This document shows positions 11,411 through 24,809 of a stretch of 64,000 nucleotides of DNA, piece after piece. Below the pieces are notes generated by a model, which was not told the origin of the DNA, ran no database searches, and saw only the letters and a list, made by a program, of their open reading frames with translations. The translations under genes and the position numbers were made by a program. The stretch lies in NCBI GenBank assembly GCA_951406725.2, contig OX597817.1, positions 41,416,001-41,480,000 on the forward strand, read 5' to 3'. Within the stretch, counting starts at the first letter, position 1. The number at the start of each line of letters is the position of its first letter. Origin of the DNA: Octopus vulgaris. Taxonomy: Eukaryota.

Positions 11411-11747
11411 AGGCACATGGCTCAGGGGTTAGAGCATAGAGCTTACGATCATGAGGTTGTGAGTTCGGTTCCCGGACCACGCTGCGTGTTGTGTTCTTGA
11501 GCAAGACACTTTATTTCACGTTGCTCCAGTTAACTCAGCTGTAGAAATGAGTTGCGACATCACTGATGCTAAGCTGTGTCAGCCCCTTTGCTTTTCCCTT
11601 GGATAACATTAGTGGTGTGGGGAGGGGAAGCCAGTATGCATGGGCGACTGCTGGCCTTCCACAAACAACCTTACTCGGACCAATGCCTCGGAGGGAAACT
11701 TTCTAGGTGCAATCCCATGGTCATTCATGACCGAAGGGGGTCTTCTC
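11411..11747 (+). mobile_element. tRNA-derived CORE-like SINE (family B)
   Basis: A-box TGGCTCAGGGGTTAG, B-box GAGTTCGGTTCCC, CORE-like GTGTTCTTGAGCAAGACACTT. The same head with different tails occurs at ~6225-6540 (-), ~30662-31138 (+), ~31620-31880 (+), ~42160-42458 (-), ~49870-50150 (-) and ~58295-58590 (+). Confidence 0.8.
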
Positions 11748-11873
11748 AATAATAATAAGGCAGCAGTTAGCAGAAATATTACCATGCCAGACAAAATGCT
11801 TTGTGGCATTTCTTCTGGTTTCATGTTCTGTGTTCAAATGTCACTGTGGTTGACTTTGCCTTTCATCCACTTG

Positions 11874-11930
<57 letters not shown>

Positions 11931-14782
11931 TGTGTGTGTGTGTGTGTGTATGGTGATTCTAGAGATGACAGGAGAGGCTAAAGTTTGATGAAACAGAAAT
12001 ATAGTTGAGAAAAGATGAGAGTAGATAGAGTAGCAGCAAAGAAAAAAAAAAGGAAAAAATAGAAGAGGAAGGATAGGAATAAGGAAGAAAGGATAAGTTT
12101 TTTTCTCTGTATGTGTACATATGTACATACATATACATATCATTGTTTTACACCCACTATCACTACTGGGTTGGGTTGGATAGATCTGCTCCCCTAGGTG
12201 GGTCAGGGAACCTTATCTTCCTCAGTTTTAGTTTGGTTAGTTTTCTATAGCTGGACACCTTTCCAAACACCAACTACTTCATCCAGTGTACTGAGTGCAT
12301 TTTTCTTGATGCTACACCAGAGAGGTAGCCATACCCTACTCATAACTAAATGGACAAACTTACAATTTCAGGGGTCACTCATCTGCCTCGTTACAGAGTG
12401 TGATGCAAAAGTGACAGCAGCATGAATGTACTCATCCTGAGATTGTAGGGTGGTGTCAGTAGTTCCTGAAACTCAAGTGATAGAGCAAGAGAAGACAGAG
12501 GCCCAAGATGTGTAGGAGGAAAAAGTATAAGAGTATACTGGCAGAGTGACAGAAGGTTAAGATAAGCAGTATAGGAGGTTAAGGATGAAGGCAGAGTGAA
12601 TTGAGTACAAGTGGTATAATTCCGTTCATTTTTTTTAATCAACCCTGAAAGAATGAAAGGCAAAGCTGACCTTGATGGAACTAGAACTCAAAATGTAAAG
12701 ACAGACGAAATGCTGCCAAGCATTTTGCCTGGTGAGTTAATGGTTCTGCCAACTCACTTCAAATAAGTTGAAGGACAACTGAAGACATGGCTGGTAATGT
12801 CAGGGGTGGGTGTGGAAGCACAATTGGACCCCTGCATCTATGGTTTTTGGCAGTGGAACCAGGAGAGGGTATCCATTACAGCCTCCACCACAGCTGATTG
12901 TCGGATGTGGTCAGCATTTGTAAGGGACGTGGTGAACTTGTTGGTTGGAGCCAGCTCAATCCAATCTGGATGAATGCTGACACAAAGTGGTCTAATGCTG
13001 CTATCTACACAGAGGTTACGGAAAGGACCAGAGGGATTGAGTGATGTACATAGTGGCATGGTAAATGGAAAGTAGTTTGGTTTGGTACCAATAAGTAGCA
13101 CAGAGGAGTAATAGAGAGAGGGTCAGAATAGGTAAAGTGACGTCCTAACTACAGGCAATGTATGACGAACAAAAGAGGTCCACTGCCATTTTCAGTCCCA
13201 CAGGAGCATAGTATAATGAGAATTGAGGAGAGAAGGGGGTGACTGAGAGATAAGCAATGGGTATGGATGAAGGAAAGCAAATAGAGGATGGTGAGCAGAG
13301 GATAAGAAACAAAGGTCCTTACCTTACAAAAGGGAGCAATGTTTGGCTAACAGCAGAGAGAACTGCTGCAATTCTTAGTCATACTGACAGCATAATACAG
13401 TGAGATAAATAAGGGGAGTAAGTGATAGAGGAGTAATAGAGGCATAGCTTTAGGGAGGATTCATGTCTTTATTATATATAATTTTCAACCTAATTTGGAG
13501 TATGAAAAGGTTGGTTTTGAACTGTTTTCTCAAAATGTTCTGAAAATATTGCTTAAACAATGCTATTTCACAAGACGAGAGTTCTTAGAGTGACCTCCCT
13601 TGTATGAGGTTTCAAGCTGAATGCAGTGATAAATTAGACAGGATATGTTTGGATATTCTCATAATAGCTAGAAATGAAAATGTAAAATGTGAGCTTGAAA
13701 CAGCTGTTTTTACACATATCACTTGCATAACATTTTTTAAAACATAAAAATAAGCATTTTCTTGAGAGCCTTTGTATATTTCAAGATATGTTCAAACAAC
13801 AGACTATTCAAGAGGAAACAGGATCAGATTACCAACTGAAACAGAGGAAATGTTAATCGTAAGGGTACTGAAAATCATGAATGTTTCAGTTAAAAATGTC
13901 ATAATCTCATTGTTCAATGTCCATGATCCATACTGGCATGGGTTGGACAGTGTGACAGGATCCAACATGCCTCAGAGCTGCTCTGGATTCAAATGTCAGC
14001 TTTGGCATAATTTCTACAGCTGAATGCTTATTAACCACTTTACAGTGCATGCTGGGTGCCTTTTTTTTTCACCAGGCAACTTGCAAGACAATGTACAGAG
14101 AGGAAAAGGTCCTCCTGACTGAAGAAAGTGTACGAGAAAATAGAGGGTGATTTTATGCCAGGCATTGAGAAGCTAAAGTATGATTAAAAGACAAATTCAA
14201 GTCACTTACTAGAGAGGAAATATATGACTACTCCACGTTATGTGAAGGCAGGTGAGACTAGCAGGAAGAAAGATAAAGATGGAGGTGGCAGGATGCAGGA
14301 GCAAACTGTCAAGGTACAAGAAGGTGAGCAGAAGAGGGAACATGGATTGAGGATCAGAGATCAAGGAAAGAATGGGTAATTTCATAAGAATGTGAGAAGA
14401 GAGTGACAGATGGTTAGAGAACTGGATGTAGTGAATGATGAGTGAGGGAGATGTATTGAAGACTACTCTACATTTAGTTATTGACTACATTTAATTATTG
14501 AGTTATTGCTAATTGATGAATCAACAGAAATTATCATTATTATTATATGTGTGTGTATATATATAGATAAATAAATAGATAGATAGAGAGATAGAGAAAT
14601 AGATATAGATAAATAGATATATAAAGAGATAGATATAGATAAAGATGTGTGTGTATATATATAGATAGATAGATAGATAGATAGATAGACCACATGCAGT
14701 TTACAGCTAATTGGCATAGTAGTCTACATTATTGAATTTCAGTGTAACATATTTCAAGATTTACAAATTAAGAAATAATCAT

Positions 14783-14822
<40 letters not shown>

Positions 14823-14829
14823 GCTACTA

Positions 14830-15830
14830 GGCAGCAAGCTGACAATTGTTAATGAATCAGTGAAAATGTTTAGCAACATACCTTCTAGTTGTTTGAGTTA
14901 TTAGTTCAAATGCTGCTGAGGTTTATTTTACCTTTCAACCCCTTGGGGTCAATAAAATATAGTACCAGATGAACACTGGTGTCCATGTAACCGGCTAGCC
15001 CCCTCACAACAAATTTCATGCCTCGTATGTATAGTAGAAATAATTATTATCATTATTATTATTATTATTACTAAAGTGGTGAGCTGGTAGAATTGTTAGC
15101 ACACCAGGTGAAATGCTTAGCAGTATTTCGTCTGCTGCTTAATTCTGAGTTCAAATTCCACTGAGGTCAACTTTGCCTTTCATCCTCTCAGGGTCGATAA
15201 ACTGAGTACCAGTTGAGTACCAGGGTTGATGTAATCGACTAATCCCCTCCCCACAAATTTGTGGTCTTGTGCATCCAGCAGAAAGGATTGTTATTATTAT
15301 TATTATTTTTTTTTTCTGTCTTTTTCTTTTCACCTATTATAAAATTGAAACTTAGAGACTGATGATGTCATTCCATCAATGTGTGGATGCTGGTTGCTCT
15401 TGTTCATACTTTACATTTAAATTTCTATAATTTTGAATTTTTATCACTTCTTATTTTGAACTTGACAAAGACAGACTAACTGTTGAAATATCATTCGACC
15501 AATAAAATATCCATTACAATTGAATCGCACTCTTCATCTTGACTGTTTACCTTTGTTAAGAGTTATGTCAATCCTTTTTAAAATATTATTATTATTATTA
15601 CTTTATTATTCAAGCAGTGAGCTGGCAGAACTGTTAGCATGCTGGGTGAAATGCTTGGCGGTATTTCGTCTGTCTTCATGTTCTGAGTATAAATTCTACT
15701 GAAGTCGACTGTACTTTCCATCCCTTTGGGGTCGATAAATAAAGTACCAGATGAGTACTGGGGTTGAAATAATTGACTTAACCCCACCCCAAAATATTTC
15801 AGGCATTGTGCCTATAGTAGAAAGGATTAT
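14830..15830 (+). mobile_element. Three co-oriented SINE family A copies separated by (ATT)n
   Basis: Copies at ~14830-15040, ~15075-15290 and ~15613-15828. Confidence 0.8.
15335..15585 (+). mobile_element. Possible decayed Penelope pLTR with a degenerate hammerhead-like motif
   Basis: TTGAA-CTTGACAA-A-GACAG ACTAA CTGTT-GAAA-TATC-ATTCGA (~15456-15498), immediately followed by AATAAA. Confidence 0.35.
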
Positions 15831-15920
15831 TATTATCATTATTATTATTGATATTATTATTATTATTATTATTATTGATATTATTATTATTATTGATATT
15901 ATTATTATTATTATTATTAT

Positions 15921-16281
15921 TGAGTGAGAGAGCAGTGCATGCCATCAAAGTGACACTGGGGTAAAATATACGAAGCCCAGTATACCCATCATGACTACCT
16001 GTCTGATAAGGGTACACCAGGCACATACATCACAACCATATGTGCGCAACATGGTGATCTTATATCAAGATAAACAGCGCATGACCTTCCAGGTGGGGGG
16101 CCCAGTTAGAATTTTCTTCTGGTCGAGTAGCCTGTCCCAATCAAAAGGTCCCTGAATAAGGATTGTTTAAGGATGTTGAACGAACCACCCATGTTTCCAA
16201 AGGTGAATAATCCAAACCTCGAAGAATTCCTTTCAACACCTGGCTATGATGCTCCCCCACTACTTCTGCTTGTGATCAGAT
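15921..16281 (-). mobile_element. Unclassified interspersed repeat family E (truncated copy) with (AAT)n tail
   Basis: About 85-90% similar by eye to 41093-41440 and embedded in (ATT)n. Confidence 0.8.
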
Positions 16282-16892
16282 TATTGATATTATTATTATT
16301 ATTATTATTATCATTATTACCACCATCACTATCAGCAGTATGAATATCTATAATAAAGCTGATTAATCACTTTCTGTGACTGCAATGACACTTGAGTCTC
16401 TATCGATTTTATTTGCCTCAGATAAGAAACAGGTTGTTAAACTTAATGCAAAAAAATTTTTTTAAATATTCTTATTCAGTTTACGTCACTGAACTGAAAG
16501 TTTTATATTTCAAATGTATGTTGTAATGAGACAATCAAAACAGAAATTGTCAATATTTCTCAGCAAGATTTTTCGTGCAACGCAACATTAAGGGCAGAAA
16601 GTTGAGATGCCACTGCACAATTTAGAAAGACAAGCAGGAGATAAATTAGGAGTTCAAGTTCTGCTATAGTCACTGCAAAGCATTCCAATTCACTTGTGTG
16701 AGTAGAAAGATCATGTGATCATTAAAAGGTAGCAATACTTGTCGCTGAGAGCTTTTGGGAGACTTGTGATAGTGAATTGAACAGCTTTAAAAATGCCTTG
16801 CTTAGTCAGTCTTATCACACAAGAGAAGGTTTGCAGTGGAGTCCACTTCTGTCCAGTGAGTTTATAAAAGTGATTATTCATTGGTTGTGTGT

Positions 16893-17063
16893 TTGAGGGA
16901 GAGGGAGCAGGTGAGAGGGGGCAGGTGAGAGGGAGGAGGTGAGAGGGAGCAGGTGAGAGGGAGCAGGTGAGAGAGAGAGAGGGTAAGATGATGAGGGCAA
17001 GAGAGTGAAGGAGCATAAGGGAAGGAAGAGTATGAGCGAGAGGGTGTGTGCGAAGGAGAGAGT

Positions 17064-17100
<37 letters not shown>
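16893..17100. repeat. Purine-rich ~14-nt tandem repeat (GAGGGAGCAGGTGA, ~5 copies) and (GA)n
   Basis: Direct inspection. Confidence 0.9.
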
Positions 17101-17103
<3 letters not shown>

Positions 17104-17344
17104 ATGAAGGACTGAGACAAACAGGGTAAATGCACAGCAATGAGTTTTCAGTTCACCTGTTTCATGTTCTTACAGATATATTCAACTTAAATTGGCAAAG
17201 CTGGAAGTACAATGATGATGGTGACGTCAAAGATGACAACAACACTGACCATGGTTGGTCACGGCGACAAGAATGATGAGAAAGACAGTGGTGTCAGCCA
17301 CAACATCAACAGATAGGTGTAATGATAATAAGAATGTCATGTTT

Positions 17345-17745
17345 TATCTTTTATTTTTTTAAGTCATTGGAGTGTGAACATGCTGCGGAACTGCCTTGAA
17401 GGGTTTCAATTAAACAAATTAACCCCCAGAACTTATTTTTTTAAAGTTTAGTACTCGTTCTATTGGTCTCTTTTGCCAAACCACAAAGTTAGAGGGATGT
17501 AAACAAACCAACAACGGTTGTCAAGTGGTGTGCAGACTAACACACGCACACAGCAAATTTAGCAAATTCCCTCACAAAGCATTGGTTGGCCAGGGGCTAT
17601 AGTAGGAGATGCTAAGCTAAAGTGTCACATGTCATTGGCCCAAAGTGCTACATGGCACTTGTCTAAGTGCTACACAGTAGGAATGAACCCAAAACCATGT
17701 GGTTGCAAAGTGAAGTTCTGGACTGCACAGCCATGTCTATGCCTA
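17345..17745 (-). mobile_element. SINE family C, diverged
   Basis: Tail AGTCATTGGAGTGTGAACATGCTG, AGTACTCGTTCTATTGG, and head GGAATGAACCCAAAACCATGTGGTTG. Confidence 0.75.
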
Positions 17746-18311
17746 TGCGATAACAACAATACCATATCGATAATAACGATAATCAGGACGATAATCAGGA
17801 CAACAATGCTGACAATGACAAAAACAACAACAATTATAAAAACACTGGTAGCTTTATATTTCTTCACTGCCTCCAAATTACTAATTATTGGTGAAAACTT
17901 AAGAGAAACGAGACTACATATATTTCTCCAATATCGATGTGCATAATCCTATTTTTCTATATAACGTCGCGGAAATCTCCGACAGCTATCTTGAATCTTA
18001 GGAGAAAAAAAAAAGTACAAATAAAATAGAATAAATACAAAACTATCACAATACAATATTTTCACCTAAATACTGCAACCCCCGCTGCTGTCTGCCGAAA
18101 GACAGATTAGAAGAGATGGGAGGGGAAGTGACTGGTAAAAAAAATAGAAATTAAAAAAAAAAAAAGGAAAAAGGAAATGAACCAAGAACCCCACCTTTCC
18201 ATGTGATTGCAATCATACAATGTATGACTGGATACAAGATAGACATCAATAGAGCTTCACAGACATCGAATCACAGTGGTGCACACAATTTACAAGAGAG
18301 AATTCACTTAC

Positions 18312-18446
18312 CATTGACCCACTGTCAACAAGTGTCTGAGTGACAATTATGTTAAAGACAGCATGAGAGCGGCTGCTCTCACTATTCATGTTAGTTGCTG
18401 CTACAGTTCTGGATTTGTTACCTTCATTCATCAAGTTGTCAATATC
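18312..18446 (-). CDS. KIF13: KIF13 motor-domain exon containing switch I
   Basis: tcttctccttgTAG acceptor and GTAAGT donor. The 135 nt (phase 0/0) encode [45 protein letters not shown], with the NxxSSRSH switch I motif. Confidence 0.96.
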
Positions 18447-18782
18447 CTACAAGGAGAAGAAGAAGATAAAACAACATGTTCATTTATTCTTGTCTGTTTT
18501 TTTTAATATTTATTTTGTATGTTTTTTTTTGTTAATATTTGAAAATGTAAATATAGAAATGTTTGTTACATAAAGCAACAAATGGTAGAGCAATACACAC
18601 ACACACACACACACACACATATTTGACAACTCCACTAGAATGGATGAAAGCGCTAAAATTTGATATATGATGTATAAAAACATGTAATATACAAATAAAT
18701 ATCTATGAATATAAAACCAGCCGAATTTCTGAGTACCCCATTTCTTCTAATATAAATTACCTGTACATCATCTCCAAACCTT

Positions 18783-18784
<2 letters not shown>

Positions 18785-18827
<43 letters not shown>

Positions 18828-18882
18828 CACATACATATATATATACACATATATATATATATATATATACACATATATATAT

Positions 18883-18941
<59 letters not shown>

Positions 18942-19130
18942 TATATATACAATATATATATATATATACACATATATATATATACATATATATATACACA
19001 TATATATATATACATATATATATATACATATATATATATACATATATATATACATATATATATAACATATATATATATACATATATATATACACATATAT
19101 ATATACATATACATATATACATATACATAC
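18785..19130. repeat. (TA)n / TACA compound microsatellite
   Basis: Direct inspection. A second tract lies at 19556-19800 and (GA)n at 19905-19940. Confidence 0.95.
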
Positions 19131-19558
19131 CGGATGTTGTTTCTCCCACCACCTTTATAGGTGTCTACTCTTCGAACCCCCCTCCTCAATACGCTATTTC
19201 ACCATGCATTACCCTCTTGATATCCTACGTTCTACTTGCCTAAGAACCTGTCATCATTCTCTGAACCACCCCTCCCCACTGGTGCTCCCCTATATTTCTG
19301 CCCCTCCCCCCCACATAGAAAAAGCACCATCCAAACGTGGCCGATGCCAGACCCCTCTGGCACCTGTGCAGGTGGCACGTAAAAAACACCCACTACACTC
19401 GCGGAGTGGTTGGCGTTAGGAAGGGCATCCAGCTGTAGAAACACTGCCAGACTAGACTGGAGCCTGGGGCAGTCCCTAGCTCCCCAGACCCCGGTCGAAA
19501 CCGTCCAACCCGTGCTAGCGCGGAAAACGGACGTTAAACGATGATGATGATGATGATA
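19130..19558 (+). mobile_element. Retroposon family D with RTE-like (GAT)n 3' tail
   Basis: GGTTGGCGTTAGGAAGGGCATCCAGCTGTAGAAAC ... CCGTCCAACCCGTGCTAGCGCGGAAAACGGACGTTAAACGATGATGAT. Degraded copies at ~12140-12320, ~13915-14070 and ~33385-33520 (all -). Confidence 0.8.
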
Positions 19559-19676
19559 TATATATACATACACATATATACATATATATATATATATACA
19601 CATACACACACATATATATATATACACACACATATATATATATATATACACGTATTTATACACACACACACACACG

Positions 19677-19708
<32 letters not shown>

Positions 19709-19736
19709 CACACACACACACCACACGCACACACAT

Positions 19737-19781
<45 letters not shown>

Positions 19782-19897
19782 GACATACATATGTACACAC
19801 ATACTATATGCATATGTGAATGTGTGTATTTCCAAACATGGGTGTTTGAAGTACTCAATATAAAGAGTGTGCATATTTCCTTAGAAGTTGAAGCTTC

Positions 19898-19945
<48 letters not shown>

Positions 19946-22900
19946 CAGGTGTTTTCAAATAATCTGTAACTGTGTGTCAGCAAAACGCAAAGAGAAAGTG
20001 CACTGTAAAAAGAATTGTAGGTGTATATGTGTGTGTGTAATATAAACAAATATATACACACACACACACATCCATACACATATACACTCACAGGTGTTAT
20101 AAGAATTTTTAACTGTTTTTACATAAAACAAAAACAAAGCAGACAATATGTTATGTAGAGTAAATACACAAACAAACACACACACACGCACACATACGCT
20201 CACCCTCAGTAACAAGACACCAAAGTATCCCACAGGATGTTTCATAATTAATCAGAGCGAGGCATTCATCAAAAGTGCTCAATGCACACAAGTGCATCAC
20301 ACAAACACTCACTCAAGTATTAATTTTTCAAAGATAATTGCAGTAAGATGAAAAATGCATGAAGATTATAATCTTATTTTAATGAAATAAATCATTTGTC
20401 AAACATAAATGACAGCACTAATTCGGTGGTTCAAATATGCAAATATGCGCGTTCAGGAAGAATAAATAAATAAAAAAAGGAACTGTAATTGGGTATAAGG
20501 GACGTAACTCTGTAATAGTTTTGTCCCCTCCATTTAATAAAATTTTATTTCAGTTATCAAAGAGGGCTGTTGCATAAAAGAATTTTCTGAATTTTAATTT
20601 TAAAAAAAATATTTTTTAATAATTTGTGCCTGTCTTATTAAAAATTCATTAGCACAATAAGTAAGCTGTCATTCATTAGCAGCAACAGCAACGTACTTTT
20701 GTAATTAAATAATGAGTAACTGTGGTCTAAAATTATTTTCTGTTAACAAAATTCAATAAAACGGTCATGGTTGGAATGCCTTTAATCAGAGCTTTGCTCC
20801 ACTGGGATTCACCTGTGTCTAAACGACAATATAAATTATTTTTTCAGTCCCTATTACTGAACTAAACTCTCTTGAATTTTCTTTCACTGAGATTTCATCA
20901 TCGCATTACAACTTGTTGACAACTAACATACAAGAATCTCACTAACGCTAACACTGTTAACCATACTTCCTCAGAGTGAATGGAAGAGAGAGTTGCATAG
21001 CCTTTTAGGCTTCAGGTAATATATTTCTCCATCAGTTTACTGCAAACTAAAACACTGCCACTGTACTTACTCATGTATAGGATGAACCATTTTAACCTTG
21101 ATTTCAATTGGAAAATCACATGGACATATATGGAGCAAAGTTTGAAGTACAAAGATTTATACCAAGATTTAAAATGAAATTGGGAGTGTGACTTATACAC
21201 AAGAAAATATGGTGAATGGATGAAGGCATTGAAGAGACACATACTACACACTTTTAGATTAAAAAAATCGACATTCTGTATATATTGGCAGAGCAAATAT
21301 CAAAATCTTAGAATGAAGTGACTTGGGGTTTCCTAGTCCATTACTGTTTCACTGAAGCAGGGAGGAGTGTGAAATTGATGCTATGTTAACAATCTAGAAA
21401 CTTAGTTTAGTGGTTTGTAGTCCTGGAAAGTGATATAAGCCAAATAAAAATGGATGGCCATGCTATCAGAAGTCCAACATTTCGGTGTCCATATCCTAGA
21501 GGTCAGGGGCAGGATGGACAGAAAACAGGCAACCAAATGACAAAGATAATATAATGATGGAGCAATGTTATCAAGAACTGGATGGAGAGGACACTGATAG
21601 AGCATACAGGTACAACACAAAACTGTAGTGATGAACAGGCTCCAGGCATAAACTAGGCATACTTATTCATTCTGTTTGAAGAATTAATTTTCTCGCAAGA
21701 GATAAAAATATTTTGCTAAATTATTTCTACATAGTTGCGTGCCAATGCAACTTTCTCTTCTGGCTCATGTTTTCTCTTAAACCACAATTAAAGTAAACAT
21801 TAAACTATCAACGTTGCCTAGATAAATGTATCCTCCTGTCTAGACTGACCAATAAAAATAATTTCCATAAAACATGCTTTGAATCAGTTGAGAAAGGTCT
21901 CCATTACTACTGTACATAAAGTAGGCACAAAGAAAGTGATAGAAAATTATAGGTTGCCGTTCCTATAAAAGAGCAACAGTGTACTGATGCTGTGTAGTGC
22001 TTAGTTACTAATGGACACTTCGCTGAATGTGAATTCACCAATAACAAAGAGATATAAAACGATTATATTAGTGTCAGAGCAATTTTTCGCAGTGTATAGA
22101 AAACTCTGTCTTGATACATGGACTTCAAAATCAAAGTTAAATCCAAAAGTAGAAAATTGAATTTAATCTTTCTTATACAATAAGAATGGGTAAGCAGGCA
22201 TTGGAAATCTATAACCTTTTAGATTTGAAATCCCATGACAATCTCTTATTTCCATCCCTTTTATATTCTAAGCCATGAAAGATTAAATGTCATTGTCAAA
22301 ATATAAACAGTTAAATGGTTGAAAACTAGGCAAAATCTAGCTTAAACACTGCAGCGACATAATTTTCTAAACCACAGTAGCTTCTATTTCATGTGTCACT
22401 GAAGGTAGAAAGCTCTATAGGAATTCTTACATAAAGAGCCATATTCTATAGCAAGTTAATGAGAGAGGAAAAAATACAGAGAACGAAAAAATGAATATTA
22501 CAATACATTGTGATACGAAGTACCCTTAATAAATAGCAGTTTGGTGTTTGGCAAACAAGGGAAAACTTTTGTAACTAGAAATAAAAGGAAAATATTTCCT
22601 TTATGCCAAGCATATGACAGGCTCCATTTAGAGCAGTTCAATATGTGATGGACATCACATTTTATATGAGTTGAACAGATTGGCAGATTTCAAAGGAATT
22701 CAATAAATGGTGCTGAATTTGAATTGCATAAGCATTAGGAAAAATTCTCTCTATGAAACTCGTTTTATTATCCCCGAAATATGTATTTCTATGCCATTTT
22801 CTTTTTTATTTTTCCTGGTATTATTAATGGAACCGTTTTAGTTGGTGCTATATTTTTAGTGCAAATCTCATAAGGTTTTCAGTGATTGTGAAGGATGGAA

Positions 22901-24809
22901 TAATTGGCTGATATCCGTTAATATTTAGTCCAACTTTTTCTTTAGAAAACCTGTGTGGAAATATTTTCCCCCCTATTTTCTTTCCAAATTTTCATAAATC
23001 CACAACTGGTACCATTTTAAACTAAATAATCAATTACAAAGTAGAAATAATACTTAGTTTCACCTTAACAGTAGAGAGGCAAGTACACAAGGGACATAAT
23101 AAAGGCTGTAGAAAGTTTGAACTCATAATCTTGAAGTCAGGTATTGAACAGTTTTACAGCCAGTACACTGTAAGAGTTATCAAAGCCTTATATTCTAAAG
23201 AAACTGCATAAAGTAAGAAACTAAGAAAGTTTGGACTTAGGGAAAAAGAAAGATGCATTTAATAAGGAAAACAATAAAGGTAAAAGAGAAGAACAACATC
23301 TGTGGTCATGAAAGAAGAACCAAAAAGAAGACATTTTTGAAGTAGAGATTAAAGGTTTACCTAGTGGCTAGATTTTGATAGCAGCCAAGTGCAACATCCA
23401 ATAACTGATATTTTAGACTGGCATCTAAGTGAATCTTACAAAGACTCAATAACTGATCAAGGATTATAGACTTTTTGATTTAAAAGGGAAGCGACGTTAG
23501 TTGTAATCCTAACAATGCTGAAAAATGGTTTATCTACGAGAAAAATATAGGAGCTCAAAAGACCTTTCATATACAGAGGTTGTAAGAATTCATGGTCAAT
23601 CAGGAATTACAATTGGAAATACGCAAAAGCAGGAGTGCAGTATTACCATTTTAGGAATCTAGAGTCATTTTGAGGAGTTGCTAAGAAGGAATAAGAAGAT
23701 ACCCTTGGAAAATATTTGTGCCGAGAGGGTAAACCGGTTTAAAAAGTGCTTTATATGTTTATGTATTCATGGAGCTTAATTGTAGCTTTAACCTGTTGCG
23801 ATAATATTAAGATATTGTAATAATTTAATGCAAATAATGTATTTCAATAAGAATAGAAATGGCTGAATTGCCACAAGATGCTGTATTTAATAGCTGTCAC
23901 TGCTGTGATAAATACCTTTTTAAACTTGTCTGGAGTCTATTAGAGAATGCCAATGGAAGTGAGTAAATTACAGCTTGATTTAAATTTACTTTCACCTTGA
24001 GTTATTCTTATTTCAAATTCAATTTACTAAAATTACAACTGTCAGCAAGAAATGTGAACCCTGACCTGAAAACTTCTTGGTGATACACACATCTCCTGTG
24101 GTGCATGCACCCTGCAGCATTAGCTGTTTGTCTTTGTATAAAGCTACAATCGAAGGAACTAATTATCTGCAACTCCTGGTGAACGTTATTCCTCTAGAAA
24201 ATTTTCAAATTATTTGAGTGCAATACCTATAATGATATTTCGGTTACTTAAAAATTAAAAAAAATATCAACTGGCCATGTAATGTCCAGCCAACAGATAC
24301 TATTTGTTGCAAGTGTTGAAAAAACAGCAGTGGGGAAATGTAAGAAATCCTTGTTATTGTTATTATTTGTTTTTGTTTTGCTGTTTTACATCCGTTTTGA
24401 ATAGGGCAGCATTTGTTGATGCAATTACTTCCACAGTGGATGCTCCTTGTTTTCTTACCACCATCTGACCAGCTACAGGGAATGATATTCGGTATATATC
24501 AGTTTGGTAAACTGGAGCCAGCAGTTTGCACTTTGATTTGGGGTCACAATACAATATTTGTCCCAGTAATATGTGACCCGAAGTCCGGCACCTTTACGTG
24601 GGGAAACACTTTTCTATGGTCTGCAGATATTCAGAAGAACCAGTGAGTACTATTCTTTTTGTGAAATTCACTGCAAATCTAGTTGTGTGCTATGTAAAAC
24701 TATTGACAAAACATTATAAGGGTATTACATCAACTGCTTCAGTTAAACTGGCAACACACCAATCAAGAAACATTGCAAAATATAATTGACACCTTGATAT
24801 ATTTGAGGG

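Noticed and set aside
18246-18434. 62-aa ORF as a stand-alone gene
   Set aside because: It is the KIF13 exon 18312-18446 read through its GT donor into the intron.
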